NCBI GenBank assembly: GCA_964016885.1
Contig: OZ024744.1
Span: forward strand, 135,594,001-135,658,000
DNA length: 64,000 bases
Source of the DNA: Eledone cirrhosa
Taxonomy: Eukaryota
Reading direction: 5' to 3'
Position numbers and translations under genes: made by a program. Numbering within the stretch: position 1 is the first letter of the stretch; every line of letters begins with the position of its first letter. Below the pieces are notes generated by a model. That model searched no databases. It had not been told where the DNA came from and saw nothing but the letters and a program-made list of their open reading frames with translations. Shown here piece after piece: positions 39,701 through 56,500 of this stretch.

Positions 39701-42700
39701 TACGTTACCATATTTCTAATGAAAGACACTGTCTTTGTCATTAACCCTTTCATTACCATATTTCTAATGAAAAACACTATGTCATTAACCCTTTCATTAC
39801 CATATATCTAATGAAAGACACTGTTTATGTCATTAACTCTTTCATTACCATATTTCTAATGAAAGACACTGTCTATGTCAACCCTTTCATTACCATATTT
39901 CTAATGAAAGACACTGTCTATGTCATTAACCCTTTCATTACCATATTTCTAATGAAAGACTCTATGTCATTAACCCTTTCATTACCATATATCTAATGAA
40001 AGACACTGTCTATGTCATTAACCCTTTCATTACCATATTTGTAATGAAAGACTGTCTAAGTCATTAACCCTTTCATTACCATATTTCTAATGAAAGACAC
40101 TATGTCATTAACCCTTTCATTACCATATATCTAATGAAAGACACTGTTTATGTCATTAACCCTTTCATTACCATATTTCTAATGAAAGACACTGTCTATG
40201 TCATTAACCCTTTCATTACCATATATCTAATGAAAGACACTGTCTATGTCATTAACCCTTTCATTACCATATTTGTAATGAAAGAGACTGCCTATGTCAC
40301 TAACCCTTTCATTACCATATTTCTAATGAAAGACACTGTCTATGTCATTAACCCTTTCATTACCATATTTGTAATGAAAGACTGTCTAAGTCATTAACCC
40401 TTTCATTACCACATTTCTAACGAAAGAAACTGTTTATGTCATTAGCACTTTCATTACCATGTTCTAATGAAAAACACTATGTCATTAACCCTTTCATTAC
40501 CATATTTCTAATGAAAGACACTGTCTATGCCATTAACCCTTTCATTACCATATTTCTAATGTAACCATTCCATTACCATATTTAACCATTCCATTACCAT
40601 ATTTCTAATGAAAGACACTGTCTATGTCATTAACACTTTCATTACAATATTTCTAATGAAAGACACTATGTCATTAACCCTTTCATTACCATATATCTAA
40701 TGAAAGACACTGTCTATGTCATTAACCCTTTTATTACCATATTTGTAATGAAAGAGACTGCCTATGTCATTAACCCTTTCATTACCATATTTCTAATGAA
40801 AGACACTGTTTATGTCATTAACCCTTTCATTACCATATTTCTAATGAAAGACACTGTCTATGTCATTAAACCTTTCATTACCATATTTCTAATGAAAGAC
40901 CCTGTCTATGTCATTAACCCTTTCACTACCATATTTCTAATGAAAGACACTGTCTATGTCATTAACCCTTTCATTACCATATTTCTAATGAAAGACACTG
41001 TCTATGTCATTATCCGTTTCATTACCATATTTCTAATCAAAAACACTATGTCATTAACCCTTTCATTACTATATTTCTAACGAAAGACACTGTTTATGTC
41101 ATTAGCCCTTTCATTACCATATTCTAATGAAAGACACTGTCTATGTCATTAACCCTTTCACTACCATATTTCTAATGAAAGATAGTCTATGTCTTTAACC
41201 CTTTCATTACCATATTTCTAATGAAAGACACTATGTCATTAACCCTTTCATTAACATATATCTAATGAAAGACTGTCTAAGTCATTAACCCTTTCATTAC
41301 CATATTTCTAATGTAACCATTCCATTACCATATTTAACCATTCCATTACCATATTTCTAATGAAAGACACTGTCCATGTCATTAACCCTTTCATTAACAT
41401 ATTTCTAATGAAAGACCCTGTCTATGTCATTAATCCTTACATTACCATATCTCTAATGAAAGACCCTGTCTATGTCATTAACCCTTACATTACCATATAA
41501 CTAATCAAAAACACTATGTCATTAACCCTTTCATTACCATATTTCTAATCAAAAACACTATGTCATTAACCCTTTCATTACCATATTTCTAATGAAAGAC
41601 ACTGTCTATGTCATTAACCCTTTCATTACCATATTTCTAATCAAAAACACTATGTCATTAACACTTTCATTACCATATTTCTAACGAAAGACACTGTTTA
41701 TGTCATTAGCCCTTTCATTTACCATATTTCTAATGAAAGACAGTGTCTATGTCATTAACACTTTCATTACCATATTTCTAATGAAAGACACTGTCTATGA
41801 CATTAACCCTTTCATTACCATATTTCTAATGTAACCATTCCATTACCATATTTAACCATTCCATAACCATATTTCTAATGAAAGACACTGTCTAAGTCAT
41901 TAACCCTTTCATTACCACATTTCTAATCAAAAACACTATGTCATTAACCCTTTCATTAACATATTTCTAACGAAAGACACTGTTTATGTCATTAGCCCTT
42001 TCATTAGCATATTTCTAATGAAAGACACTATTTATGTCATTAACCCTTTCATTACTATATTTCTAATGAAAAACACTATGTCATTAACCCTTACATTACC
42101 ATATTTCTAATGAAAGACACTGTCTATGTCATTAACCCTTTCATTACCATATTTCTAATGAAAAACACTATGTCATTAACCCTTTCATTACCATATATCT
42201 AATGAAAGACACTGTTTATGTCATTAACCCTTTCATTACCATATTTCTAATGAAAGACACTGTCTATGTCAACCCTTTCATTACCATATTTCTAATGAAA
42301 GACACTGTCTATGTCATTAACCCTTTCATTACCATATTTCTAATCAAAAACACTATGTCATTAACACTTTCATTACCATATTTCTAACGAAAGACACTGT
42401 TTATGTCATTAGCCCTTTCATTTACCATATTTCTAATGAAAGACAGTGTCTATGTCATTAACACTTTCATTACCATATTTCTAATGAAAGACACTGTCTA
42501 TGACATTAACCCTTTCATTACCATATTTCTAATGTAACCATTCCATTACCATATTTAACCATTCCATAACCATATTTCTAATGAAAGACACTGTCTAAGT
42601 CATTAACCCTTTCATTACCACATTTCTAATCAAAAACACTATGTCATTAACCCTTTCATTAACATATTTCTAACGAAAGACACTGTTTATGTCATTAGCC

Positions 42701-45700
42701 CTTTCATTAGCATATTTCTAATGAAAGACACTATTTATGTCATTAACCCTTTCATTACTATATTTCTAATGAAAAACACTATGTCATTAACCCTTACATT
42801 ACCATATTTCTAATGAAAGACACTGTCTATGTCATTAACCCTTTCATTACCATATTTCTAATGAAAAACACTATGTCATTAACCCTTTCATTACCATATA
42901 TCTAATGAAAGACACTGTTTATGTCATTAACCCTTTCATTACCATATTTCTAATGAAAGACACTGTCTATGTCAACCCTTTCATTACCATATTTCTAATG
43001 AAAGACACTGTCTATGTCATTAACCCTTTCATTACCATATATCTAATGAAAGACTGTCTAAGTCATTAACCCTTTCATTACCATATTTCTAATGAAAGAC
43101 ACTGTCTATGTCATTAACCCTTTCATTACCATATTTGTAATGAAAGACTGTCTAAGTCATTAACCCTTTCATTACCATATTTCTAATGAAAGACACTATG
43201 TCATTAACTCTTTCATTACCATATATCTAATGAAAGACACTGTTTATGTCATTAACCCTTTCATTACCATATTTCTAATGAAAGACACTGTCTATGTCAA
43301 CCCTTTCATTACCATATTTCTAATGAAAGACACTGTCTATGTCATTAACCCTTTCATTACCATATTTCTAATGAAAGACTCTATGTCATTAACCCTTTCA
43401 TTACCATATATCTAATGAAAGACACTGTCTATGTCATTAACCCTTTCATTACCATATTTGTAATGAAAGAGACTGCCTATGTCACTAACCCTTTCATTAC
43501 CATATTTCTAATGAAAGACACTGTCTATGTCATTAACCCTTTCATTGCCATATTTCTAATGAAAGACACTATGTCATTAAACCTTTCATTAACATATATC
43601 TAATGAAAGACTGTCTAAGTCATTAACCCTTTCATTACCATATTTCTAATGAAAGACACTGTCTATGTCATTAACCCTTTCATTACCATATTTGTAATGA
43701 AAGACTGTCTAAGTCATTAATCCTTTCATTACCACATTTCTAACGAAAGAAACTGTTTATGTCATTAGCCCTTTCATTACCATGTTCTAATGAAAAACAC
43801 TATCTCATTAACCCTTTCATTACCATATTTCTAATGAAAGACACTGTCTATGCCATTAACCCTTTCATTACCATATTTCTAATGAAAGACACTGTCTATG
43901 CCATTAACCCTTTCATTACCATATTTCTAATGTAACCATTCCATTACCATATTTAACCATTCCATTACCATATTTCTAATGAAAGACACTGTCTATGTCA
44001 TTAACACTTTTATTACCATATTTCTAATGAAAGACACTATGTCATTAACCCTTTCATTACCATATATCTAATGAAAGACACTGTCTATGTCATTAACCCT
44101 TTTATTACAATATTTGTAATGAAAGAGACTGCCTATGTCATTAACCCTTTCATTACCATATTTCTAATGAAAGACACTGTTTATGTCATTAACCCTTTCA
44201 TTACCATATTTCTAATGAAAGACCCTGTCTATGTCATTAACCCTTTCACTACCATATTTCTAATGAAAGACACTGTCTATGTCATTAACCCTTTCATTAC
44301 CATATTTCTAACGAAAGACACTGTTTATGTCATTAGCCCTTTCATTACCATATTCTAATGAAAGACACTGTCTATGTCATTAACCCTTTCACTACCATAT
44401 TTCTAATGAAAGATAGTCTATGTCTTTAACCCTTTCATTACCATATTTCTAATGAAAGACACTGTCCATGTCATTAACCCTTTCATTAACATATTTCTAA
44501 TGAAAGACCCTGTCTATGTCATTAATCCTTAAATTAACATATTTCTAATGAAAGACCCTGTCTATGTCATTAACCCTTACATTACCATATATCTAATCAA
44601 AAACACTATGTCATTAACACTTTCACTACCATATTTCTAATCAAAAACACTATGTCATTAACCCTTTCATTACCATATTTCTAATGAAAGACACTGTCTA
44701 TGTCATTAACCCTTTCATTACCATATTTCTAATCAAAAACACTATGTCATTAACCCTTTCATTACCATATTTCTAACGAAAGACACTGTTTATGTCATTA
44801 GCCCTTTCATTTACCATATTTCTAATGAAAGACAGTGTCTATGTCATTAACCCTTTCATTACCATATTTCTAATGTAACCATTCCATTACCATATTTAAC
44901 CATTCCATAACCATATTTCTAATGAAAGACACTGTCTAAGTCATTAACCCTTTCATTACCACATTTCTAATCAAAAACACTATGTCATTAACCCTTTCAT
45001 TAACATATTTCTAACGAAAGACACTGTTTATGTCATTAGCCCTTTCATTAGCATATTTCTAATGAAAGACACTATTTATGTCATTAACCCTTTCATTACA
45101 ATATTTCTAATGAAAAACACTATGTCATTAACCCTTACATTACCATATTTCTAATGAAAGACACTGTCTTTGTCATTAACCCTTTCATTACCATATTTCT
45201 AATGAAAAACACTATGTCATTAACCCTTTCATTACCATATATCTAATGAAAGACACTGTTTATGTCATTAACCCTTTCATTACCATATTTCTAATGAAAG
45301 ACACTGTCTATGTCAACCCTTTCATTACCATATTTCTAATGAAAGACACTGTCTATGTCATTAACCCTTTCATTACCATCTTTCTAATGAAAGACTCTAT
45401 GTCATTAACCCTTTCATTACCATATATCTAATGAAAGACACTGTCTATGTCATTAACCCTTTCATTACCATATTTGTAATGAAAGACTGTCTAAGTCATT
45501 AACCCTTTCATTACCATATTTCTAATGAAAGACACTATGTCATTAACCCTTTCATTACCATATATCTAATGAAAGACACTGTTTATGTCATTAACCCTTT
45601 CATTACCATATTTCTAATGAAAGACACTGTCTATGTCAACCCTTTCATTACCATATTTCTAATGAAAGACACTGTCTATGTCATTAACCCTTTCATTACC

Positions 45701-48700
45701 ATATTTCTAATGAAAGACTCTATGTCATTAACCCTTTCATTACCATATATCTAATGAAAGACACTGTCTATGTCATTAACCCTTTCATTACCATATTTGT
45801 AATGAAAGACTGTCTAAGTCATTAACCCTTTCATTACCATATTTCTAATGAAAGACACTATGTCATTAACCCTTTCATTACCATATATCTAATGAAAGAC
45901 ACTGTTTATGTCATTAACCCTTTCATTACCATATTTCTAATGAAAGACACTGTCTATGTCATTAACCCTTTCATTACCATATATCTAATGAAAGACACTG
46001 TCTATGTCATTAACCCTTTCATTACCATATTTGTAATGAAAGAGACTGCCTATGTCACTAACCCTTTCATTACCATATTTCTAATGAAAGACACTGTCTA
46101 TGTCATTAGCCCTTTCATTACCATATTTGTAATGAAAGACTGTCTAAGTCATTAACCCTTTCATTACCACATTTCTAACGAAAGAAACTGTTTATGTCAT
46201 TAGCACTTTCATTACCATGTTCTAATGAAAAACACTATGTCATTAACCCTTTCATTACCATATTTCTAATGAAAGACACTGTCTATGCCATTAACCCTTT
46301 CATTACCATATTTCTAATGTAACCATTCCATTACCATATTTAACCATTCCATTACCATATTTCTAATGAAAGACACTGTCTATGTCATTAACACTTTCAT
46401 TACCATATTTCTAATGAAAGACACTATGTCATTAACCCTTTCATTACCATATATCTAATGAAAGACACTGTCTATGTCATTAACCCTTTTATTACCATAT
46501 TTGTAATGAAAGAGACTGCCTATGTCATTAACCCTTTCATTACCATATTTCTAATGAAAGACACTGTTTATGTCATTAACCCTTTCATTACCATATTTCT
46601 AATGAAAGACACTGTCTATGTCATTAAACCTTTCATTACCATATTTCTAATGAAAGACCCTGTCTATGTCATTAACCCTTTCACTACCATATTTCTAATG
46701 AAAGACACTGTCTATGTCATTAACCCTTTCATTACCATATTTCTAATGAAAGACACTGTCTATGTCATTAACCCTTTCACTACCATATTTCTAATGAAAG
46801 ACACTGTCTATGTCATTAACCCTTTCATTACCATATTTCTAATGAAAGACACTGTCTATGTCATTATCCGTTTCATTACCATATTTCTAATCAAAAACAC
46901 TATGTCATTAACCCTTTCATTACCATATTCTAATGAAAGACACTGTCTATGTCATTAACCCTTTCACTACCATATTTCTAATGAAAGATAGTCTATGTCT
47001 TTAACCCTTTCATTACCATATTTCTAATGAAAGACACTATGTCATTAACCCTTTCATTAACATATATCTAATGAAAGACTGTCTAAGTCATTAACCCTTT
47101 CATTACCATATTTCTAATGTAACCATTCCATTACCATATTTAACCATTCCATTACCATATTTCTAATGAAAGACACTGTCCATGTCATTAACCCTTTCAT
47201 TAACATATTTCTAATGAAAGACCCTGTCTATGTCATTAATCCTTACATTACCATATCTCTAATGAAAGACCCTGTCTATGTCATTAACCCTTACATTACC
47301 ATATAACTAATCAAAAACACTATGTCATTAACCCTTTCATTACCATATTTCTAATCAAAAACACTATGTCATTAACCCTTTCATTACCATATTTCTAATG
47401 AAAGACACTGTCTATGTCATTAACCCTTTCATTACCATATTTCTAATCAAAAACACTATGTCATTAACACTTTCATTACCATATTTCTAACGAAAGACAC
47501 TGTTTATGTCATTAGCCCTTTCATTTACCATATTTCTAATGAAAGACAGTGTCTATGTCATTAACACTTTCATTACCATATTTCTAATGAAAGACACTGT
47601 CTATGACATTAACCCTTTCATTACCATATTTCTAATGTAACCATTCCATTACCATATTTAACCATTCCATAACCATATTTCTAATGAAAGACACTGTCTA
47701 AGTCATTAACCCTTTCATTACCACATTTCTAATCAAAAACACTATGTCATTAACCCTTTCATTAACATATTTCTAACGAAAGACACTGTTTATGTCATTA
47801 GCCCTTTCATTAGCATATTTCTAATGAAAGACACTATTTATGTCATTAACCCTTTCATTACTATATTTCTGATGAAAGACACTGTCTATGTCATTAACCC
47901 TTTCATTACCATATTCTAATGTAACCATTCCATTACCATATTTAACGATTCCATTACCATATTTCTAATGAAAGACACTATTTATGTCATTAACCCTTTC
48001 ATTACTATATTTCTAATGAAAAACACTATGTCATTAACCCTTACATTACCATATTTCTAATGAAAGACACTGTCTATGTCATTATCCGTTTCATTACCAT
48101 ATTTCTAATCAAAAACACTATGTCATTAACCCTTTCATTACAATATTTCTAACGAAAGACACTGTTTATGTCATTAGCCCTTTCATTACCATATTCTAAT
48201 GAAAGACACTGTCTATGTCATTAACCCTTTCACTACCATATTTCTAATGATAGATAGTCTATGTCTTTAACCCTTTCATTACCATATTTCTAATGAAAGA
48301 CACTATGTCATTAACCCTTTCATTTACCATATTTCTGATGAAAGACACTGTCTATGTCATTAACCCTTTCATTACCATATTCTAATGTAACCATTCCATT
48401 ACCATATTTAACCATTCCATTACCATATTTCTAATGAAAGACACTGTCCATGTCATTAACCCTTTCATTAACATATTTCTAATGAAAGACCCTGTCTATG
48501 TCATTAATCCTTACATTACCATATTTCTAATGAAAGACCCTGTCTATGTCATTAACCCTTACATTACCATATATCTAATCAAAAACAATATGTCATTAAC
48601 CCTTTCATTACCATATTTCTAATCAAAAACACTATGTCATTAACCCTTTCATTACCATATTTCTAATGAAAGACACTGTCTATGTCATTAACCCTTTCAT

Positions 48701-51700
48701 TACCATATTTCTAATCAAAAACACTATGTCATTAATCCTTTCATTACCATATTTCTAACGAAAGACACTGTTTATGTCATTAGCCCTTTCATTTACCATA
48801 TTTCTAATGAAAGACAGTGTCTATGTCATTAACACTTTCATTACCATATTTCTAATGAAAGACACTGTCTATGACATTAACCCTTTCATTACCATATTTC
48901 TAATGTAACCATTCCATTACCATATTTAACCATTCCATAACCATATTTCTAATGAAAGACACTGTCTAAGTCATTAACCCTTTCATTACCATATTTCTAA
49001 TCAAAAACACTATGTCATTAACCCTTTCATTAACATATTTCTAACGAAAGACACTGTTTATGTTATTAGCCCTTTCATTAGCATATTTCTAATGAAAGAC
49101 AATATTTATGTTATTAACCCTTTCATTACTATATTTCTAATGAAAAACACTATGTCATTAACCCTTACATTACCATATTTCTAATGAAAGACACTGTCTA
49201 TGTCATTAACCCTTTCATTACCATATTTCTAATGAAAAACACTATGTCATTAACCTTTCATTACCATATATCTAATGAAAGACACTGTTTATGTCATTAA
49301 CCCTTTCATTACCATATTTCTAATGAAAGACACTATGTCATTAACCCTTTCATTACCATATATCTAATGAAAGACACAGTCTATGTCATTAACCCTTTTA
49401 TTACCATATTTGTAATGAAAGAGACTGCCTATGTCATTAACCCTTTCATTACCATATTTCTAATGAAAGACACTGTTTATGTCATTAACCCTTTCATTAC
49501 CATATTTCTAATGAAAGACACTGTCTATGTCATTAAACCTTTCATTACCATATTTCTAATGAAAGACCCTGTCTATGTCATTAACCCTTTCACTACCATA
49601 TTTCTAATGAAAGACACTGTCTATGTCATTAACCCTTTCATTACCATATTTCAAATGAAAGACACTGTCTATGTCATTATCCGTTTCATTACCATATTTC
49701 TAATCAAAAACACTATGTCATTAACCCTTTCATTACTATATTTCTAATGAAAGACACCGTCTATGCCATTAACCCTTTCATTACCATATTTCTAATGTAA
49801 CCATTCCATTACCATATTTAACCATTCCATTACCATATTTCTAATGAAAGACACTGTCTATGTCATTAACACTTTCATTACCATATTTCTAATGAAAGAC
49901 AATATGTCATTAACCCTTTCATTACCATATATCTAATGAAAGACACTGTCTATGTCATTAACCCTTTTATTACCATATTTGTAATGAAAGAGACTGCCTA
50001 TGTCATTAACCCTTTCATTACCATATTTCTAATGAAAGACACTGTTTATGTCATTAACCCTTTCATTACCATATTTCTAATGAAAGACACTGTCTATGTC
50101 ATTAAACCTTTCATTACCATATTTCTAATGAAAGACCCTGTCTATGTCATTAACCCTTTCACTACCATATTTCTAATGAAAGACACTGTCTATGTCATTA
50201 ACCCTTTCATTACCATATTTCTAATGAAAGACACTGTCTATGTCATTATCCGTTTCATTACCATATTTCTAATCAAAAACACTATGTCATTAACCCTTTC
50301 ATTACCATATTTCTAACGAAAGACACTGTTTATGTCATTAGCCCTTTCATTACCATATTCTAATGAAAGACACTGTCTATGTCATTAACCCTTTCACTAC
50401 CATATTTCTAATGAAAGATAGTCTATGTCTTTAACCCTTTCATTACCATATTTCTAATCAAAAACACTATGTCATTAACCCTTTCATTACCATATTTCTA
50501 ATGAAAGACACTGTCTATGTCATTAACCCTTTCATTACCATATTTCTAATCAAAAACACTATGTCATTAACCCTTTCATTACCATATTATATAACGAAAG
50601 ACACTGTTTATGTCATTAGCCCTTTCATTTACCATATTTCTAATGAAAGACAGTGTCTATGTCATTAACCCTTTCATTACCACATTTCTAACGAAAGACA
50701 CTGTTTATGTCATTAGCCCTTTCATTACCATGTTCTAATGAAAAACACTATGTCATTAACCTTTTCATTACCATATTTCTAATGAAAGACTGTCTAAGTC
50801 ATTAACCCTTTCATTACCATATTTGTAATGAAAGACCCTGTCTATGTCATTAACCCTTACATTACCATATATCTAATCAAAAACACTATGTCATTAACCC
50901 TTTCATTTACCATATTTCTGATGAAAGACACTGTCTATGTCATTAACCCTTTCATTACCATATTCTAATGTAACCATTCCATTACCATATGTAACCATTC
51001 CATTACCATATTTCTAATGAAAGACACTGTCGATGTCATTAACCCTTTCATTAACATATATCTAATGAAAGACCCTGTCTATGTCATTAATCCTTACATT
51101 ACCATATTTCTAATGAAAGACCCTGTCTATGTCATTAACCCTTTCACTACCATATTTCTAATCAAAAACACTATGTCATTAACCCTTTCATTACCATATT
51201 TCTAATGAAAGACACTGTCTATGTCATTAACCCTTTCATTACCATATTTCTAATCAAAGACACTATGTCATTAACACTTTCATTACCATATTTCTAACGA
51301 AAGACACTGTTTATGTCATTAGCCCTTTCATTTACCATATTTCTAATGAAAGACAGTGTCTATGTCATTAACACTTTCATTACCATATTTCTAATGAAAG
51401 ACACTGTCTATGTCATTAACCCTTTCATTACCATATTTCTAATCAAAAACACTATGTCATTAACCCTTTCATTAACATATTTCTAACGAAAGACACTGTT
51501 TATGTCATTAGCCTTTTCATTAGCATATTTCTAATGAAGGACACTGTTTATGTCATTAACCCTTTCATTACTATATTTCTAATGAAAAACACTATGTCAT
51601 TAACCCTTACATTACCATATTTCTAATGAAAGACACTGTCTATGTCATTAACCCTTTCATTACCATATTTCTAATGAAAAACACTATGTCATTAACCCTT

Positions 51701-53545
51701 TCATTACCATATATCTAATGAAAGACACTGTTTATGTCATTAACCCTTTCATTCCCATATTTCTAATGAAAGACACTGTCTATGTCCACCCTTTCATTAC
51801 CATATTTCTAATGAAAGACACTGTCTATGTCATTAACCCTTTCATTACCATATATCTAATGAAAGACTGTCTAAGTCATTAACCCTTTCATTACCATATT
51901 TCTAATGAAAGACACTGTCTATGTCATTAACCCTTTCATTACCATATTTGTAATGAAAGACTGTCTAAGTCATTAACCCTTTCATTACCATATTTCTAAT
52001 GAAAGACACTATGTCATTAACTCTTTCATTACCATATAGCTAATGAAAGACACTGTTTATGTCATTAACCCTTTCATTACCATATTTCTAATGAAAGACA
52101 CTGTCTATGTCAACCCTTTCATTACCATATTTCTAATGAAAGACACTGTCTATGTCGTTAACCCTTTCATTACCATATTTCTAATGAAAGACTCTATGTC
52201 ATTAACCCTTTCATTACCATATATCTAATGAAAGACACTGTCTATGTCATTAACCCTTTCATTACCATATTTGTAATGAAAGAGACTGCCTATGTCACTA
52301 ACCCTTTCATTACCATATTTCTAATGAAAGACACTGTCTATGTCATTAACCCTTTCATTGCCATATTTCTAATGAAAGACACTATGTCATTAAACCTTTC
52401 ATTAACATATATCTAATGAAAGACTGTCTAAGTCATTAACCCTTTCATTACCATATTTCTAATGAAAGACACTGTCTATGTCATTAACCCTTTCATTACC
52501 ATATTTGTAATGAAAGACTGTCTAAGTCATTAACCCTTTCATTACCACATTTCTAACGAAAGAAACTGTTTATGTCATTAGCCCTTTCATTACCATGTTC
52601 TAATGAAAAACACTATGTCATTAACCCTTTCATTACCATATTTCTAATGAAAGACACTGTCTATGCCATTAACCCTTTCATTACCATATTTCTAATGAAA
52701 GACACTGTCTATGCCATTAACCCTTTCATTACCATATTTCTAATGTAACCATTCCATTACCATATTTAACCATTCCATTACCATATTTCTAATGAAAGAC
52801 ACTGTCTATGTCATTAACACTTTCATTACCATATTTCTAATGAAAGACACTATGTCATTAACCCTTTCATTACCATATATCTAATGAAAGACACTGTCTA
52901 TGTCATTAACCCTTTTATTACAATATTTGTAATGAAAGAGACTGCCTATGTCATTAACCCTTTCATTACCATATTTCTAATGAAAGACACTGTCTATGAC
53001 ATTAACCCTTTCATTACCATATTTCTAATGTAACCATTCCATTACCATATTTAACCATTCCATAACCATATTTCTAATGAAAGACACTGTCTAAGTCATT
53101 AACCCTTTCATTACCACATTTCTAATCAAAAACACTATGTCATTAACCCTTTCATTAACATATTTCTAACGAAAGACACTGTTTATGTCATTAGCCCTTT
53201 CATTAGCATATTTCTAATGAAAGACACTATTTATGTCATTAACCCTTTCATTACTATATTTCTAATGAAAAACACTATGTCATTAACCCTTACGTTACCA
53301 TATTTCTAATGAAAGACACTGTCTTTGTCATTAACCCTTTCATTACCATATTTCTAATGAAAAACACTATGTCATTAACCCTTTCATTACCATATATCTA
53401 ATGAAAGACACTGTTTATGTCATTAACTCTTTCATTACCATATTTCTAATGAAAGACACTGTCTATGTCAACCCTTTCATTACCATATTTCTAATGAAAG
53501 ACACTGTCTATGTCATTAACCCTTTCATTACCATATTTCTAACGA
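30790..53545. repeat. Dispersed duplication in array B: ~30790-36270 recurs at ~48067-53545 (offset 17277 bp)
   Basis: ORF offsets are 31157/48434, 32090/49367, 32659/49936, 33740/51017, 34766/52043 and 36124/53401. Shared private variants include TTCAAATG, ATATTATATAACG and GTCGATGTC. Confidence 0.88.
35490..42862. repeat. 3687-bp tandem duplication in array B
   Basis: ORF offsets are 36124/39811, 36447/40134, 37013/40700 and 38515/42202. Shared variants include CTTACGTTA, TTAGCACTT and ATATAACTAATC. Confidence 0.9.
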
Positions 53546-56500
53546 AAGACACTGTTTATGTCATTAGCCCTTTCATTACCATATTCTAATGAAAGACACT
53601 GTCTATGTCATTAACCCTTTCACTACCATATTTCTAATGAAAGATAGTCTATGTCTTTAACCCTTTCATTACCATATTTCTAATGAAAGACACTGTCCAT
53701 GTCATTAACCCTTTCATTAACATATTTCTAATGAAAGACCCTGTCTATGTCATTAATCCTTAAATTAACATATTTCTAATGAAAGACCCTGTCTATGTCA
53801 TTAACCCTTACATTACCATATATCTAATCAAAAACACTATGTCATTAACACTTTCACTACCATATTTCTAATCAAAAACACTATGTCATTAACCCTTTCA
53901 TTACCATATTTCTAATGAAAGACACTGTCTATGTCATTAACCCTTTCATTACCATATTTCTAATCAAAAACACTATGTCATTAACCCTTTCATTACCATA
54001 TTTCTAACGAAAGACACTGTTTATGTCATTAGCCCTTTCATTTACCATATTTCTAATGAAAGACAGTGTCTATGTCATTAACCCTTTCATTACCATATTT
54101 CTAATGTAACCATTCCATTACCATATTTAACCATTCCATAACCATATTTCTAATGAAAGACACTGTCTAAGTCATTAACCCTTTCATTACCACATTTCTA
54201 ATCAAAAACACTATGTCATTAACCCTTTCATTAACATATTTCTAACGAAAGACACTGTTTATGTCATTAGCCCTTTCATTAGCATATTTCTAATGAAAGA
54301 CACTATTTATGTCATTAACCCTTTCATTACAATATTTCTAATGAAAAACACTATGTCATTAACCCTTACATTACCATATTTCTAATGAAAGACACTGTCT
54401 TTGTCATTAACCCTTTCATTACCATATTTCTAATGAAAAACACTATGTCATTAACCCTTTCATTACCATATATCTAATGAAAGACACTGTTTATGTCATT
54501 AACCCTTTCATTACCATATTTCTAATGAAAGACACTGTCTATGTCAACCCTTTCATTACCATATTTCTAATGAAAGACACTGTCTATGTCATTAACCCTT
54601 TCATTACCATCTTTCTAATGAAAGACTCTATGTCATTAACCCTTTCATTACCATATATCTAATGAAAGACACTGTCTATGTCATTAACCCTTTCATTACC
54701 ATATTTGTAATGAAAGACTGTCTAAGTCATTAACCCTTTCATTACCATATTTCTAATGAAAGACACTATGTCATTAACCCTTTCATTACCATATATCTAA
54801 TGAAAGACACTGTTTATGTCATTAACCCTTTCATTACCATATTTCTAATGAAAGACACTGTCTATGTCAACCCTTTCATTACCATATTTCTAATGAAAGA
54901 CACTGTCTATGTCATTAACCCTTTCATTACCATATTTCTAATGAAAGACTCTATGTCATTAACCCTTTCATTACCATATATCTAATGAAAGACACTGTCT
55001 ATGTCATTAACCCTTTCATTACCATATTTGTAATGAAAGACTGTCTAAGTCATTAACCCTTTCATTACCATATTTCTAATGAAAGACACTATGTCATTAA
55101 CCCTTTCATTACCATATATCTAATGAAAGACACTGTTTATGTCATTAACCCTTTCATTACCATATTTCTAATGAAAGACACTGTCTATGTCATTAACCCT
55201 TTCATTACCATATATCTAATGAAAGACACTGTCTATGTCATTAACCCTTTCATTACCATATTTGTAATGAAAGAGACTGCCTATGTCACTAACCCTTTCA
55301 TTACCATATTTCTAATGAAAGACACTGTCTATGTCATTAACCCTTTCATTACCATATTTGTAATGAAAGACTGTCTAAGTCATTAACCCTTTCATTACCA
55401 CATTTCTAACGAAAGAAACTGTTTATGTCATTAGCACTTTCATTACCATGTTCTAATGAAAAACACTATGTCATTAACCCTTTCATTACCATATTTCTAA
55501 TGAAAGACACTGTCTATGCCATTAACCCTTTCATTACCATATTTCTAATGTAACCATTCCATTACCATATTTAACCATTCCATTACCATATTTCTAATGA
55601 AAGACACTGTCTATGTCATTAACACTTTCATTACCATATTTCTAATGAAAGACACTATGTCATTAACCCTTTCATTACCATATATCTAATGAAAGACACT
55701 GTCTATGTCATTAACCCTTTTATTACCATATTTGTAATGAAAGAGACTGCCTATGTCATTAACCCTTTCATTACCATATTTCTAATGAAAGACACTGTTT
55801 ATGTCATTAACCCTTTCATTACCATATTTCTAATGAAAGACACTGTCTATGTCATTAAACCTTTCATTACCATATTTCTAATGAAAGACCCTGTCTATGT
55901 CATTAACCCTTTCACTACCATATTTCTAATGAAAGACACTGTCTATGTCATTAACCCTTTCATTACCATATTTCTAATGAAAGACACTGTCTATGTCATT
56001 AACCCTTTCACTACCATATTTCTAATGAAAGACACTGTCTATGTCATTAACCCTTTCATTACCATATTTCTAATGAAAGACACTGTCTATGTCATTATCC
56101 GTTTCATTACCATATTTCTAATCAAAAACACTATGTCATTAACCCTTTCATTACCATATTCTAATGAAAGACACTGTCTATGTCATTAACCCTTTCACTA
56201 CCATATTTCTAATGAAAGATAGTCTATGTCTTTAACCCTTTCATTACCATATTTCTAATGAAAGACACTATGTCATTAACCCTTTCATTAACATATATCT
56301 AATGAAAGACTGTCTAAGTCATTAACCCTTTCATTACCATATTTCTAATGTAACCATTCCATTACCATATTTAACCATTCCATTACCATATTTCTAATGA
56401 AAGACACTGTCCATGTCATTAACCCTTTCATTAACATATTTCTAATGAAAGACCCTGTCTATGTCATTAATCCTTACATTACCATATCTCTAATGAAAGA